NCBI GenBank assembly: GCA_030619825.1
Contig: JAUXAS010000001.1
Coordinates: forward strand, 10,141-74,140
Direction of reading: 5' to 3'
DNA length: 64,000 bases
DNA from: Hadesarchaea archaeon
GTDB taxonomy: Archaea; Hadarchaeota; Hadarchaeia; Hadarchaeales; Hadarchaeaceae
Shown: piece by piece, positions 1-11,210 of the stretch
How the letters are laid out: each line of letters starts with the position of its first letter
Numbering within the stretch: the first letter of the stretch is position 1
The notes under the pieces: generated by a model
The model's input: the letters and a program-made list of their open reading frames with translations, nothing else
Databases searched by the model: none
What the model was told of the DNA's origin: nothing
Made by a program: the position numbers and the translations under genes

Positions 1-308
1 GCCAAGTGGCATCGGGGATCGCCCGTGTTTACAGCTCCCGCGAGCAACTCGAGGGGCTGGAGCCCAAATTTTTGCTCAAGCGGGACATGCCGAAGGAGGC
101 CAAAGCGGAGGCAAAACCCGAGGAGAAACCGAAGGTCGAAAAGCTCCCTGAGAAAAAAGTAGAGGAACCGAAGGAAGCAAAACCTGAGCAACCGAAAAAG
201 GTGGCCAAGCCCGAGAAATCCGAAGCGGAGAAGGCTGGGGAGACGTCCGAAGGGGCAAAGCCAGAGGAAAAGGCAAAGGAGGCCGTTGAGGGTGGCAAAG
301 AAGGTTAA
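1..308 (+). CDS. rps24e: ribosomal protein S24e, C-terminal part (5'-truncated by window edge) with an unusual ~70-aa Lys/Glu/Pro-rich tail
   Basis: Translation ...[22 protein letters not shown] resembles the S24e C-terminal motif (EPKYRLIR); the gene sits directly upstream of S27ae as in the conserved archaeal pair; the KPEEKPK low-complexity tail is atypical. Confidence 0.45.
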   Translation, partial: QVASGIARVYSSREQLEGLEPKFLLKRDMPKEAKAEAKPEEKPKVEKLPEKKVEEPKEAKPEQPKKVAKPEKSEAEKAGETSEGAKPEEKAKEAVEGGKEG

Positions 309-459
309 GGCCGCGAAGGCCAAGCTCTACAAGCTCGAGGGTGAGAAGCTGGAGCGTCTGCGTCCTGCATGCCCGCGCTGCGGCCCGGGGGTCTTCATGG
401 CTGACCACGGGAACCGTTGGGCGTGCGGTAAGTGTGGGTACGCTGATTTCAAGAAGTGA
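292..459 (+). CDS. rps27ae: ribosomal protein S27ae (eS31), C4 zinc finger
   Basis: Frame +1, GTG start at 292 (TTG at 286). Translation (M)[54 protein letters not shown] is a canonical S27a CxxC...CxxC zinc ribbon. It is missing from the ORF track because it has no ATG and is under 60 aa. Confidence 0.8.
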   Translation: MAKKVKAAKAKLYKLEGEKLERLRPACPRCGPGVFMADHGNRWACGKCGYADFKK

Positions 460-1768
460 GTTCGATCGTCGCGCCGATAGCCTCGGTTGCGAGTTTTTCT
501 AGCTCGCGCAAGTTTTTGTCGATATCCTTCTCAGCCCGCTGCGAGTCACGATGGAGCTCCTCGATGGTCGCTCGCGCGTGTTTTAGGTCTGACTTGTGTT
601 TTTCGATAGAACCTTCTAGCTCCGCCTTTTGTTTAAAAAGTGATGTTTGTTCGCGAGCGCGCGTTTGGATTTCCCTGCGGTCGTAAAGGAGGGTGAGCCG
701 CTCTTTGAGCTTCAGTATCTTTTTTTCATCCAGAAGTCCCCGAGCTAGTTCCATTCGTTTCTTCCGTTCGCGGTCGTCCATGCTTATTTTTCCTTCCTCA
801 AGAAGTTCGATCATTTTTTGCAGCAGTGCATCGGTAGAAGCTATTTTTTCATCCGATGAGAGCACTTCGAGTGGATTCTCGATGCAGAGTTCAAGGACTT
901 TTACCATCTCTCGGTCCATTTGATACTCGCCAGCTCTCACGAGTTTTTCCATCTTCCTAAGGGGCCTGCTTAGCCCCGAGATCGCGCTCGATGTGGCATC
1001 CTTCACCTGGGCTATCTCACGCTCGATTCGTTCGAGCTCGCGTCCAGACGCGTCCAAGCTCTTGAATTCCTCGCTGTTGATGAGCCGCGCCAGTTGGTCG
1101 CTCTCGTTCTCAATCAACTTCTTGAGCATCGTGACCTGATTTTCTAATGATTTCGCATCGGTTCGCATACTCTCAATTCGATGGAGGAGCTCCCTTTGCG
1201 ATGATATTTTCGAGGAGATCAAATCAAGCGAGCGCATTCCTCCGCGGGTTCCTTCGATGAGGGCGTGTACTTCCCTAACCAATCCATGCAACCGTCGCAG
1301 GCGCAGTTCGATCGCGTTCAAGCGAGGTCCGAACAACGCTCGGACATGGCGGCCGTGGGTGGCGATTGTGTCGGTCATGAGGTTCACCATTTTCGTCAGT
1401 TTGCCATCGAGTATCGCGAGGTCGTCGGTCGAGAACTCCCCACGCCGCTGGATAGAGGTGGTCGCACGGGTCAGCTTTTCAGCTAGGAGCCTCCGGGCCT
1501 CGAGCGCCGTCTTGCGCAATCCCGGGTAAGCCTCATCGGTCGGTTTGGCATCAGAAAGGGTTTTTAATTCCTTTAAAAGTGCCTCCCGTTCCTCAGACAG
1601 CCTGTCCAGCATGATATTTAATGTGGATTGAGCCTCTGCGAGCTTCTCCCGCTTGAGCTTGTTTACCCGTTCCTCAAGAGAATCTACAGATAATTTTTCA
1701 ACTTGAGGTTCAGGTGGTTTTGGTTTTTTGCCGAAGATCTTGCGGAGGAACATCGGCTCGCCAACCAT
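449..1768 (-). CDS. coiled-coil protein, function unknown
   Basis: 439-aa ORF, highly charged (E/R/K/L-rich) with heptad-like periodicity throughout; no catalytic motifs recognised. Confidence 0.5.
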   Translation of the reverse strand: MVGEPMFLRKIFGKKPKPPEPQVEKLSVDSLEERVNKLKREKLAEAQSTLNIMLDRLSEEREALLKELKTLSDAKPTDEAYPGLRKTALEARRLLAEKLTRATTSIQRRGEFSTDDLAILDGKLTKMVNLMTDTIATHGRHVRALFGPRLNAIELRLRRLHGLVREVHALIEGTRGGMRSLDLISSKISSQRELLHRIESMRTDAKSLENQVTMLKKLIENESDQLARLINSEEFKSLDASGRELERIEREIAQVKDATSSAISGLSRPLRKMEKLVRAGEYQMDREMVKVLELCIENPLEVLSSDEKIASTDALLQKMIELLEEGKISMDDRERKKRMELARGLLDEKKILKLKERLTLLYDRREIQTRAREQTSLFKQKAELEGSIEKHKSDLKHARATIEELHRDSQRAEKDIDKNLRELEKLATEAIGATIELTS

Positions 1769-1821
1769 ACATAATTAAGCTGTTGTTTAAATGTTCGGCG
1801 TAGCCACAACAAAACTGTTGA

Positions 1822-2865
1822 TTAAATCACATGCACTGAAGACGCTTTAAATGCAGCATAAACTCCGGAGCCGATCCCCAACTTCATGTCTAGAAAAGAT
1901 CTCTTGGTGATAATTACCACCAGCTCGCGCCCAACATCTACTTTTAACCTCACAGTTGTTCCTCGGTCGGAGATCTCAGTTATCTTACCTTGCAGCATGT
2001 TTCTCCCGCTTGATTTGATTGGTCTTTTTGATAGAAGGATGTCTTCAGGACGGATGCAGACTTTAACTTTACCTTCTTTTTGCGTTACCGCTTCGATTAA
2101 TGCATTTCCGATATCTATCCTAGCGAGGCCTTCCTTTAGTTCCGATTTCCCTGAAAAGATGTTTTCAACTCCGACAAATTTTGCGACGAACTCCCATTTT
2201 GGTTTTCGGAATATTTCGTCTGGCGCTCCAACTTGAATGAGTTTTCCATCGCTCAAGACACCTATCCTGTCACCCAATAGAATTGCTTCGACATGATCAT
2301 GAGTGACGTGAATCGTGGTGACACCAGACCTCTCGTGGAGGTCCTTTAACTCCTTCCTCAACCTTTCCTGCGTTTGCGCATCCAAAGCGCTCAATGGTTC
2401 GTCCAAGAGTAGCACGTCTGGGTCAAGCACAATCGCCCTAGCTAGAGCTACCTTCTGCTGTTCCCCTCCGCTTAAGGTTTTTGGCAATCTTTTGGACAGG
2501 TGAGTGAGACCGAGCAAATTCATAGTGTGCCGTATCTTTTTATTGGTTTCAGATTTCGGAATTTTTTTCAACCTTAACCCGAACTCCACATTCTCTTCAA
2601 CGTTTAGATGAGGGAATAACGAATAGTCTTGGTACACGAAACCAACTTTCCTTTGTTCGGGAGGGAGGTCCGTTATGTTTTTATCGTTTATCCAGATTTC
2701 ACCCAGGTCGGGACGGTGAAACCCAGCGATTAACTCAAGCATGAGGGTTTTTCCCGCCCCCGTTGGACCCAGCACGGTGAAGTACTCCCGTTCTTTGACA
2801 TCTAAATTTATGTTCGTCAGCGAAAAATCGGCCCATTTTTTCGATAAATCCCTAATGCTCAGCAT
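1822..2865 (-). CDS. wtpC: tungstate/molybdate ABC transporter ATP-binding protein (WtpC/ModC type) with C-terminal TOBE domain
   Basis: Walker A GPTGAGKT, ABC signature LSGGEQQKVALARAI, Walker B LLLDEP; operon with permease and WtpA-like binding protein. Confidence 0.85.
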   Translation of the reverse strand: MLSIRDLSKKWADFSLTNINLDVKEREYFTVLGPTGAGKTLMLELIAGFHRPDLGEIWINDKNITDLPPEQRKVGFVYQDYSLFPHLNVEENVEFGLRLKKIPKSETNKKIRHTMNLLGLTHLSKRLPKTLSGGEQQKVALARAIVLDPDVLLLDEPLSALDAQTQERLRKELKDLHERSGVTTIHVTHDHVEAILLGDRIGVLSDGKLIQVGAPDEIFRKPKWEFVAKFVGVENIFSGKSELKEGLARIDIGNALIEAVTQKEGKVKVCIRPEDILLSKRPIKSSGRNMLQGKITEISDRGTTVRLKVDVGRELVVIITKRSFLDMKLGIGSGVYAAFKASSVHVI

Positions 2866-3643
2866 ACAACCGCCCCTGTAGATATTTTAGGCCAACGAAT
2901 ACCGATAAGGTGATCAAGAGAAGTATTACCGCGACGCGCATTCCTTCATAAAGCCCTAGGCTGTAAAATCTGCTCCAAATCATCCCCGGGGCAACCATAG
3001 GGAAAAATCCAACAAGCATGATCACCGCCGCGAACTCGCTTATCGCACGCGCCCAACTCATTATCGCCCCGCTGAATATCTGGGGAAATGCGAGCGGAAA
3101 TGCCACTTTTCGGAAGGCTTCCCATTCCGTAGCGCCTAGGGACCGTGCTACCTTTTCTAGGCGGGGGTCAACGCTTTGAAACCCCTCCTTAGCGGAGTTG
3201 ATGAGGAATGGTGCGGAGACAAATAGCATCGCGACAACAATTCCAGGTAGCGCGCCTTCAAACCTAAGAAAAGGTGAAACTGGCCCGCCAATTAATCCGC
3301 TTAATCCAAAAACTGTCAACAACATGATGCCGGCAACAACGTGAGGTATCGCCATGGGAAGGTCTATTATTCCTTCGATGAGCGCTTTTCCTCGAAAGTT
3401 CTTCCTCGCTAACAAATAAGCTAGGGGGACGCCGAACACGAACGTCACCAGCACTGCAAGGAACGCCGAGAAACAGCTCAGCCCCACCGCTTTTAGAACT
3501 CCTTGGTCAGTGATGGCACTGAGAAATCCAGTCAGGTCAAATGCAAATTGCTTGAAAAAAATATTGGCTATTGGAAGGGCAAGAATAGCTACAATAAAGA
3601 TCCCAAGCGCGATGAATAAGGCGGTTATTCTCTCAATCTTCAC
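2852..3643 (-). CDS. wtpB: tungstate/molybdate ABC transporter permease
   Basis: Multi-TM ABC permease; start overlaps the ATPase gene; located between the binding-protein and ATPase genes. Confidence 0.8.
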   Translation of the reverse strand: MKIERITALFIALGIFIVAILALPIANIFFKQFAFDLTGFLSAITDQGVLKAVGLSCFSAFLAVLVTFVFGVPLAYLLARKNFRGKALIEGIIDLPMAIPHVVAGIMLLTVFGLSGLIGGPVSPFLRFEGALPGIVVAMLFVSAPFLINSAKEGFQSVDPRLEKVARSLGATEWEAFRKVAFPLAFPQIFSGAIMSWARAISEFAAVIMLVGFFPMVAPGMIWSRFYSLGLYEGMRVAVILLLITLSVFVGLKYLQGRLYAEH

Positions 3644-4665
3644 TGTATCACCAATGGTTGAAGATTTTCTGGCAGTTTATCAACATCGCTCGCCACGGCG
3701 GGGATTATCGGCGGCTGACCCCAATTCTCAAAAACCTCCCGCCCATACTCAGTTATCAACAATGTTATGAACTCGATTGCCAAATTCTCATTCGGCGCAT
3801 TCTTGGGTATAGTTATTCCATAGACGATAGGTTTGGCGGTAAACATTTTTTCGTTCGCAAGCCGCACCTTAACTTGTTTATAGATGTTTTCGTAGTCTAT
3901 GCTGGTTAGATTGATTCCATCGGGGAGCTCTACAAATCCAAATCCATGTTGGGCCGCGACGCTTCTGTATTCAAATGCGTAATCGATGCTGTGCGCTTCC
4001 AACTTGACAAGTAGGCTTACCGACTTATCTGAAATCTCCAGCTTATTGGTATTTGGATCCAAGTCCTCTGGCACCTTTATTAGATAATTGTCGTTTCCCT
4101 CAATCACCTCGATGTTGGTGTTGGCCACGATTAAATCATCAAAAATCGTGGAGTTATCATAGCGAATTTCTGCAAGCTGAAAAACCATTGCCGTGCGATA
4201 GCCGCAGGGATCAAGGTTAGGGTTGCCAAATCCAAACTTCACGCCAGTTCTATTGAGGATTTCATACCAATTGTTCTCGTTGATTTCATCTACATAATCG
4301 CTCTCGGCGGTATAGGCGAGCACCATTTCGTTACGTGCAAACTGGATATACCAATCCGCGTACTCAGGGAACATCATATTAGGAATTAGTGAGTAGTCCG
4401 CCGAGGCGAGGATGTCCGCAGCTTTATGAAGTTCAGTTATCTGCATAATGGCTTCTACACTGCCATGGGATTCAAGTTGCACGTCTACATCATGAGAGCT
4501 TTCGAATTGTTTTTCAATTTTCTCAAAGGGTACCGTAAGGCTACCAGCGTGGGAAATCTTCAGCACGCGTTTCCCCCCTATGGAAAATACGAGTACACCC
4601 AAGACGACGGCTATCGTTACCAGAGCGATAATGGTTTTTTCTGTGCCGATACTTTTCATACTCAT
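3640..4665 (-). CDS. wtpA: tungstate/molybdate substrate-binding protein (WtpA family)
   Basis: N-terminal TM/signal anchor, then LKISHAGSL (the archaeal WtpA xxHAGSL motif); first gene of the ABC operon. Confidence 0.75.
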   Translation of the reverse strand: MSMKSIGTEKTIIALVTIAVVLGVLVFSIGGKRVLKISHAGSLTVPFEKIEKQFESSHDVDVQLESHGSVEAIMQITELHKAADILASADYSLIPNMMFPEYADWYIQFARNEMVLAYTAESDYVDEINENNWYEILNRTGVKFGFGNPNLDPCGYRTAMVFQLAEIRYDNSTIFDDLIVANTNIEVIEGNDNYLIKVPEDLDPNTNKLEISDKSVSLLVKLEAHSIDYAFEYRSVAAQHGFGFVELPDGINLTSIDYENIYKQVKVRLANEKMFTAKPIVYGITIPKNAPNENLAIEFITLLITEYGREVFENWGQPPIIPAVASDVDKLPENLQPLVIQ

Positions 4666-4814
4666 ATTTCCCCTTTAGTTAACTAACATGCTTAAAAATT
4701 TTCCTTTTGTTAATCATTAAAGGTTATCAAACGAAAACGTTTTTCCCACTGTTCCTCACGCAAACTTATAATCACTGTCACCCACATTTCCTTGCAACAA
4801 AAGGAGTTGGAGAA

Positions 4815-5033
4815 GTGTACGGACCGAGAGAGCAAAGGGGACCACCTGCACCGGTGAACGTTGGCGATACCCACGACGTGAAGATCGAATCGAAGGGCAA
4901 AGGCGGAGATGGGATCGCCCACATTCAGGGCTTCGTGGTCTTTGTACCGGGCACGAATCCCGGGGATGAAGTAAAGGTCCGCATCAGTGCGGTGCGGCGA
5001 AGGTTTGCGGCAGCTGAAGTCGTTACGGAGTAA
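4815..5033 (+). CDS. TRAM domain protein
   Basis: GTG start 8 nt after an AAGGAG RBS; [38 protein letters not shown] is the conserved small archaeal TRAM (OB-fold) protein signature. The annotated longer ORF (4707) has an implausible N-terminus. Confidence 0.7.
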   Translation: MYGPREQRGPPAPVNVGDTHDVKIESKGKGGDGIAHIQGFVVFVPGTNPGDEVKVRISAVRRRFAAAEVVTE

Positions 5034-5103
5034 GCTCATTTTTACTCTGGACTTTGGTAACCTCGCTTGGCTTAGCGGTAGCTATTTCAGGTTAATTGCT
5101 TAA

Positions 5104-6123
<1,020 letters not shown>

Positions 6124-6789
6124 ATGTTGATGAAGAAAGGGGCCGAGGCCAACCTCTACCTCGAGCCATTCGCGCGGGTGCTCCATCGCGCGGGCGAGGG
6201 CAAAGTCTTGGTCAAACATCGAATTTCTAAGCGCTACCGAATTCTCGAGATCGATAAACAGCTCCGGGAGTCAAGAACTGCGCTCGAGTCGAAACTTTTT
6301 GTCGATGCCAAGCGAGCTGGGGTACCAACGCCGCTCGTCTACGAGGTCGACCGGACGGACATGTGCATAGTGATGGAGTTCATTGATGGCATACAGGTGA
6401 AGCTCGTGCTGGACAAATTGAAACCCAAAGCGAGACGGAAGCTCTGTGAGCTCATAGGTAGACAAGTAGCCCGCTTGCACCGCGCCGGCATCGTGCACGG
6501 AGATCTCACGACCTCAAACATGATCTTAACGCGTGAGGGCAAGGTTTACTTCGTCGACTTTGGGCTGGGTGAATACAACCCCTCGCTCGAAGCTCGCGGC
6601 GTTGATCTACATTTGCTTAGGCGCGCCCTTCAAAGTATCCATTTTCGTATCACCGACGAGGCTTACCGCGCGGTTTTAGCCGGCTACAAGCGAGAATTCG
6701 GTGAGGGGGCAAACAAGGTGATCAAGCGAGTTGAAGAAATTGAGCGCCGCGGGCGTTATGTACCCAAGGAGGAGCGGGCATGGCACTGA
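6124..6789 (+). CDS. bud32: Kae1-associated kinase Bud32 (KEOPS)
   Basis: ATG overlaps the kae1 stop; RIO-like atypical kinase motifs (GAEANLY, VHGDLTTSNMIL, DFGLG). Confidence 0.85.
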   Translation: MLMKKGAEANLYLEPFARVLHRAGEGKVLVKHRISKRYRILEIDKQLRESRTALESKLFVDAKRAGVPTPLVYEVDRTDMCIVMEFIDGIQVKLVLDKLKPKARRKLCELIGRQVARLHRAGIVHGDLTTSNMILTREGKVYFVDFGLGEYNPSLEARGVDLHLLRRALQSIHFRITDEAYRAVLAGYKREFGEGANKVIKRVEEIERRGRYVPKEERAWH

Positions 6790-7352
6790 TCTTCGTCACG
6801 GGCAACCGCCACAAGGTCGAGGAGGTGAGCGAGCTAGCGGGGCGCCACGGCATTGAGCTCGAGCACCGCGACACGCCCTACATCGAGATCCAAGCGGACG
6901 AGCTCGAGCAAGTGGTTCGCCCGGGCGTCCAGCAAGCATGCGCCCTGCTCAGGCAACCCTGTTTCGCTGAGGACGCCGGGCTCTTCATCGAGGTTCTGCA
7001 CGGTTTCCCGGGCCCCTACTCCAACTTCATCATCCGAACCTTGGGCAACCGAGGTTTGCTGAAGCTGATGAGCGGTGAAAAAAATCGGCGGGCCGAGTTC
7101 AGGTCAGCCGTCGGATACTGCGAGCCAGGGGAGAAGCCCGAGGTCTTCACGGGGAAAGTCGAGGGAACCATCGCGCTCGAGGCTAAGGGCACACAAGGAT
7201 TTGGATTTGACCCAATTTTCGTACCGAGCGAGGGAGATGGGCGAACGTTCGCCGAGATATCGACAGGCGAGAAGAACTGCTTCTCCCACCGAGCTCGGGC
7301 AATCGAAGCATTTTTCAGATGGTATCAACAAAAGGAAAAGGTCCGTGGGTGA
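6780..7352 (+). CDS. non-canonical purine NTP pyrophosphatase (Ham1/RdgB, ITPase)
   Basis: FVTGNRHKVEE N-terminus, GFGFDPIF and FSHRARA motifs of the Ham1 family. Confidence 0.85.
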   Translation: MALIFVTGNRHKVEEVSELAGRHGIELEHRDTPYIEIQADELEQVVRPGVQQACALLRQPCFAEDAGLFIEVLHGFPGPYSNFIIRTLGNRGLLKLMSGEKNRRAEFRSAVGYCEPGEKPEVFTGKVEGTIALEAKGTQGFGFDPIFVPSEGDGRTFAEISTGEKNCFSHRARAIEAFFRWYQQKEKVRG

Positions 7353-7356
7353 ACGA

Positions 7357-7779
7357 ATGGCGAGCGAACGAAGGAAACGTGCGGGCTCAAGGCTGAGCGA
7401 GCTATCTTCGCGCGAGGTGGAGGATTTCGTGGTGAAGCTTGCGAAGGAGGGCACCCCTCCGAGCCGAATAGGCATAATCCTGCGCGACCAACACGCGGTC
7501 CCCAGCATCAAGGGGGCGACGGGGAAGAGTGCAAAGCAGATCTTGGATGCTCATGACATAAAACCCGAGTTGCCCGAGGATCTCATAAATAAAATTCGCA
7601 AGGCGGTGGCCCTGCACAGCCACCTCGACCGCAACCCGAAGGATTTCGGGAGCAAGCGCGCGCTGGAAGTGGTCGAGGCCGAGATCAACAAGCTGGCCAA
7701 GTACTACAGGCAAAAAGGGGTTTTGCCACCCAACTGGCGGTACGACCGCGAGCGGGCGGCCCTTTTGGTGCGAGCATAA
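7357..7779 (+). CDS. rps15: ribosomal protein S15 (uS15, S13e type)
   Basis: ATG 5 nt after the Ham1 stop. VEDFVVKLAKEG, IGIILRDQHAVPSIK, KGVLPPNWRYD match archaeal S15P. The annotated 7075 start is an upstream overlap artefact. Confidence 0.85.
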   Translation: MASERRKRAGSRLSELSSREVEDFVVKLAKEGTPPSRIGIILRDQHAVPSIKGATGKSAKQILDAHDIKPELPEDLINKIRKAVALHSHLDRNPKDFGSKRALEVVEAEINKLAKYYRQKGVLPPNWRYDRERAALLVRA

Positions 7780-7813
7780 GACAACAGATTTCTCTCATTT
7801 TTTGTAACAACCC

Positions 7814-9292
7814 GTGGCAAGCGTTAATAGCCCCGATTGTGATAGGCTAAAAGAAAGCTATAAATTCACGGGAGATTCTAGCATGGGTCGTGCTGAAATC
7901 CGGAGGTTCCAGCAAGCAGCCGAGGAGGTAGTTTCATTCCTCAAGCCGAGGCTGGGCGGTGATACCCGCGCCAAGATTATTTCCCACACGGATGCAGACG
8001 GGATAGCCGGAGCAGCGATCCTCGCGAGATGTCTTTACACGTATAACGTTTCATTCAACGTCAAGTTCACACGTCCGTTAAAGCCGGACGAGGTGGCCGA
8101 GCTCGGGAAGGAAGGCCACGACCTCTTCGTGTTCATCGACCAAGGAAGCGGCCAGATCGAGGCGATCCACAAGTTCATCCTCAGCCAAAAGCGCGATGTC
8201 GTCGTGATCGACCATCACCCGGGGGAGTTCCCCGAGCACCCCAACTTAGCTTACTTGAACCCTCACGCGTGCGGGCTCAACGGCGCGAAGGATGTGAGCG
8301 CCAGCGGGGCCGTCTATTCCATCGTGGAGCACATAGACCGAAGCTTTAGACCGCTCGTGGGGCTCGCGGTCGCAGGGGCGATCGGTGACCGCCAGGAGTT
8401 CTTCTCGGGGTTCACGGGAGTCAATGACACCTTGGTAAAGCGGGCGATTGATTTGGGTTTCTTGCGCGTGGGCGAGGGGCTGAAACTCATCGGGCGCACC
8501 CTGAGCCCAGTGGTGGAATGCCTCAGGCTTACGACGAGGCCCTACATCTCCGGGATCTCCGGAAACCCTTCCGCCTGTCGTTCCCTTGTCGACACACTCG
8601 GCCTCTCGCCATCTAGTACCTTGGTCGAGCTAGGCTCGGAGGCGGAGCGGAGGCTGCGGGATGCTCTCTTCGCCCGAGTTGGTTCCCTAGCGACCAGCGA
8701 GGAGTTCTGCCACACGCTTTGGGGGACAACCTATAGCTTGGCCACGGAAGACCTTGTCGGCCCCCGCGACCTCAGGGAGTACGTGGCGGTGCTCGACGCG
8801 TGCAGAGACCTCCAAAAGTCGGAGCTCGGCTTCGCCGTGGCGGTGGGCGACCGGACGGCACAGACCGAGGCGCTGGCCCTCCTGAACAGCAGTCAGGAAC
8901 AAATGCTGGAGGCGTTAGGATGGCTCGTCTCCCACCTCGACACCTTCAAGCTCACGCCAAGCTTGAGGTACATCTACTTCGGCAGTGCAGTGAATTCAGC
9001 AATGGTGGGTGAGGTGCTCTCGCTCGCGATGGAATCGGGGTTGGTCACAACGGATCGCCCGATTGTCGGCATCGCGGACGCCGGCGCGGAGGAGTTGAAG
9101 ATTTCGGCTCGAAGTACACCCGGCTTGGCGATGCTGGGAATAAATGTTGGGCGGGCCTTGGCGAGGGCTGCAGGGATAGTGGGAGGTAAGGGCGGGGGCC
9201 ACGATGTAGCGGCTGCAGCCCGAATACCGCGGGAACGGATGAACGAATTTTTAGCCAAGCTGGACCAAGTGCTCTCGGGAGGCGACAGATGA
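7814..9292 (+). CDS. RecJ-like DHH-family nuclease (GAN/RecJ homologue), copy 1
   Basis: DHH motifs (ISHTDADGIAGAAIL, VVIDHHPG) and C-terminal DHHA1 (GGKGGGHDVAAAA). The true start is possibly the internal ATG (MGRAEIRR, ~7883). Confidence 0.7.
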   Translation: MASVNSPDCDRLKESYKFTGDSSMGRAEIRRFQQAAEEVVSFLKPRLGGDTRAKIISHTDADGIAGAAILARCLYTYNVSFNVKFTRPLKPDEVAELGKEGHDLFVFIDQGSGQIEAIHKFILSQKRDVVVIDHHPGEFPEHPNLAYLNPHACGLNGAKDVSASGAVYSIVEHIDRSFRPLVGLAVAGAIGDRQEFFSGFTGVNDTLVKRAIDLGFLRVGEGLKLIGRTLSPVVECLRLTTRPYISGISGNPSACRSLVDTLGLSPSSTLVELGSEAERRLRDALFARVGSLATSEEFCHTLWGTTYSLATEDLVGPRDLREYVAVLDACRDLQKSELGFAVAVGDRTAQTEALALLNSSQEQMLEALGWLVSHLDTFKLTPSLRYIYFGSAVNSAMVGEVLSLAMESGLVTTDRPIVGIADAGAEELKISARSTPGLAMLGINVGRALARAAGIVGGKGGGHDVAAAARIPRERMNEFLAKLDQVLSGGDR

Positions 9293-10707
9293 GCTACGAA
9301 GAGCAGGTCCAACAGCTCTTCAGAACGGACCCCGGCTTCGCGAGCGCCGTGAGACTGCTCGAGAAGCTGAATAAGCTCAAGCATCCCCGCGTGCTCAATT
9401 TCTCGCATCACGACCTCGATGGCATTACAAGCGCCTTCATCGTTCGGCGGCTGCTCGAGCGCTATCTGGACGCGGAGGTCGTGACGAAGCTCCCCCCATA
9501 CTTCAAATTGTCAGAGGAGTCGCTCCGGGAAACTTTGGAGGGCGAAGGTCGTTTTGATTTACTTTTGCTCACGGACAAGGGAACGTTTGGATACTACGAT
9601 GATTTTCTGAGGTACATCGATCGAGTTTTGATTTTAGATCATCATCCACTCGATGGCAGACCCAAGCGATGCACCGTGCTCAATCCATCGGCCGATCGTC
9701 CGGTGCCCGCTGCGGCATCCTTACTCTGTCATATGCTCACCACCAAGCTTGACCCAACCGATAATTACGACGACTTCGCCGCGCTCATCGGCTGTCGGGG
9801 AGATTTCGCGTTTGACCCCGTGCAAAAGACCTCCGTGGACTTCGTTAGGCCCTTCATCGAGCGAGCAAGGGAGAAGTTCCCGCATGCGTTCGAGATCAAG
9901 CTGGAGCGCCCGACGATGTTCGACTTGCTTAACAAGGACCGTACTGTACTCATAAATCAAATCGGGGAGGTGTTACACGCGGGCTGTTTGGCACACCTCT
10001 ACAACCAAACCTTGGGCATCGATATACCCTACGGCCCGGAGCTCGTCTTCAATTTCTTACTCGAGCTGGCGAAGCGGAGAGATAGGCCGGCCGAGTTTCG
10101 CACGATCGCAGATGTGTTGGGGCGCATGCCGAAGGGCCAAATGCTATCTCGCGTGTTCGAACAATACAAATCGGATTGGAACATGCTCAACAGGCGAGCT
10201 GAAAATACGGTGTTTTTGGATGAGATTCGTGATGTGGGAATTTACATGCTGTTTGCCGAGGAGGCGCCGGCGATGCAAGCGACGCAGTTTCCAGCAATTC
10301 TCCCCTTTGTCGCCTCAACGCGTTTGGACGAGCTGAAGCTGACGGGTGGCCATTCTCACGTGATGTTGACCCTTTTCTGCCCGAAGGAACGAGGGGTCCA
10401 CATTTCGATGCGTGGAGGCGGTGGGGTGCTTGACTGTGGGGCGATGTGCTACCAACTGGCGAGTCATCTGCGAGATCTATACTCGGAGCGGGAGGGCATA
10501 GGGGGTGGAGGACACGACCGCGCAGCCGAGTGCGTGGTCGACAAGCCTGTACCGATGTACGCGGTGATGCATGAGCTGCTGGCGCTTGTGCAGGAGATGA
10601 GTAGGATAGCTAAGGCGCTCGAGAGCGGCGAGGTGACGCGAGAAGATGCTGAAAAGGCGAGGTTGCTCAGACTGGACCGCAATTTGAACGTTGACTCAGT
10701 TTCATAA
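9289..10707 (+). CDS. RecJ-like DHH-family nuclease, copy 2 (tandem paralogue)
   Basis: FSHHDLDGITSAFI, LILDHHPL and GGGGHDRAAEC DHH/DHHA1 motifs; start overlaps the copy 1 stop. Confidence 0.7.
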   Translation: MSYEEQVQQLFRTDPGFASAVRLLEKLNKLKHPRVLNFSHHDLDGITSAFIVRRLLERYLDAEVVTKLPPYFKLSEESLRETLEGEGRFDLLLLTDKGTFGYYDDFLRYIDRVLILDHHPLDGRPKRCTVLNPSADRPVPAAASLLCHMLTTKLDPTDNYDDFAALIGCRGDFAFDPVQKTSVDFVRPFIERAREKFPHAFEIKLERPTMFDLLNKDRTVLINQIGEVLHAGCLAHLYNQTLGIDIPYGPELVFNFLLELAKRRDRPAEFRTIADVLGRMPKGQMLSRVFEQYKSDWNMLNRRAENTVFLDEIRDVGIYMLFAEEAPAMQATQFPAILPFVASTRLDELKLTGGHSHVMLTLFCPKERGVHISMRGGGGVLDCGAMCYQLASHLRDLYSEREGIGGGGHDRAAECVVDKPVPMYAVMHELLALVQEMSRIAKALESGEVTREDAEKARLLRLDRNLNVDSVS

Positions 10708-10775
10708 CTACACTTGATTTCTTCTCCCATTGACCAAGTTTTAAGAGCCCGGGCGAAAGATGATTTGGGAATCAT

Positions 10776-11201
10776 ATGACCTTGGAGCAGAGCGAGTACC
10801 AGAAGTTGGTGGAGCGAATAATCGAGCTCCTCGAGCGTCATCGCGGAGACCCGAATGCGCGTGAGGCCATTCTCTCGGAGCTGAGAACTCTCTACAAAAA
10901 AATCCCGATTTATCCAGGGATCATCACCGAACTGTTGCCGAAGGTCGTTCAATCGACCGAGATGGATAAACTGAAAGAGGGGGAGGAAGTGGTCCTCGTT
11001 TTGAGGAATGGGTGCATAGTATCAGGCAAAGTGGCGGAAATCGGCCCGAGTGAGATAAAACTTGTCGAGGGCAAGCGATTAGATGTCAGCAGCCTGGCCG
11101 AGAAGGTTCCGGTGCGAAGAGAAGACGTGCGGGAGGCAAAGGTCATCTCGCGTGTCGTGCTCGAGAAGGAATGGCCGAGCTTGGATTTCGAAGAGGAGTG
11201 A
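10776..11201 (+). CDS. hypothetical protein (N-terminal helical, C-terminal small beta-barrel-like segment)
   Basis: 141-aa ORF with good codon usage; immediately upstream of Clp1 on the same strand; no recognised motifs. Confidence 0.4.
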   Translation: MTLEQSEYQKLVERIIELLERHRGDPNAREAILSELRTLYKKIPIYPGIITELLPKVVQSTEMDKLKEGEEVVLVLRNGCIVSGKVAEIGPSEIKLVEGKRLDVSSLAEKVPVRREDVREAKVISRVVLEKEWPSLDFEEE

Positions 11202-11210
11202 GGTGCCCGT

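Noticed and set aside
4707-4814. Upstream extension of the TRAM ORF
   Set aside because: The N-terminal 36 aa are non-conserved and overlap the divergent promoter region; the GTG with an AAGGAG RBS at 4815 gives a canonical ~72-aa TRAM protein.
7075-7356. N-terminal 94 aa of the annotated 7075-7779 ORF
   Set aside because: It overlaps the Ham1 gene in another frame, and the conserved S15 sequence begins at the ATG at 7357, 5 nt after the Ham1 stop.
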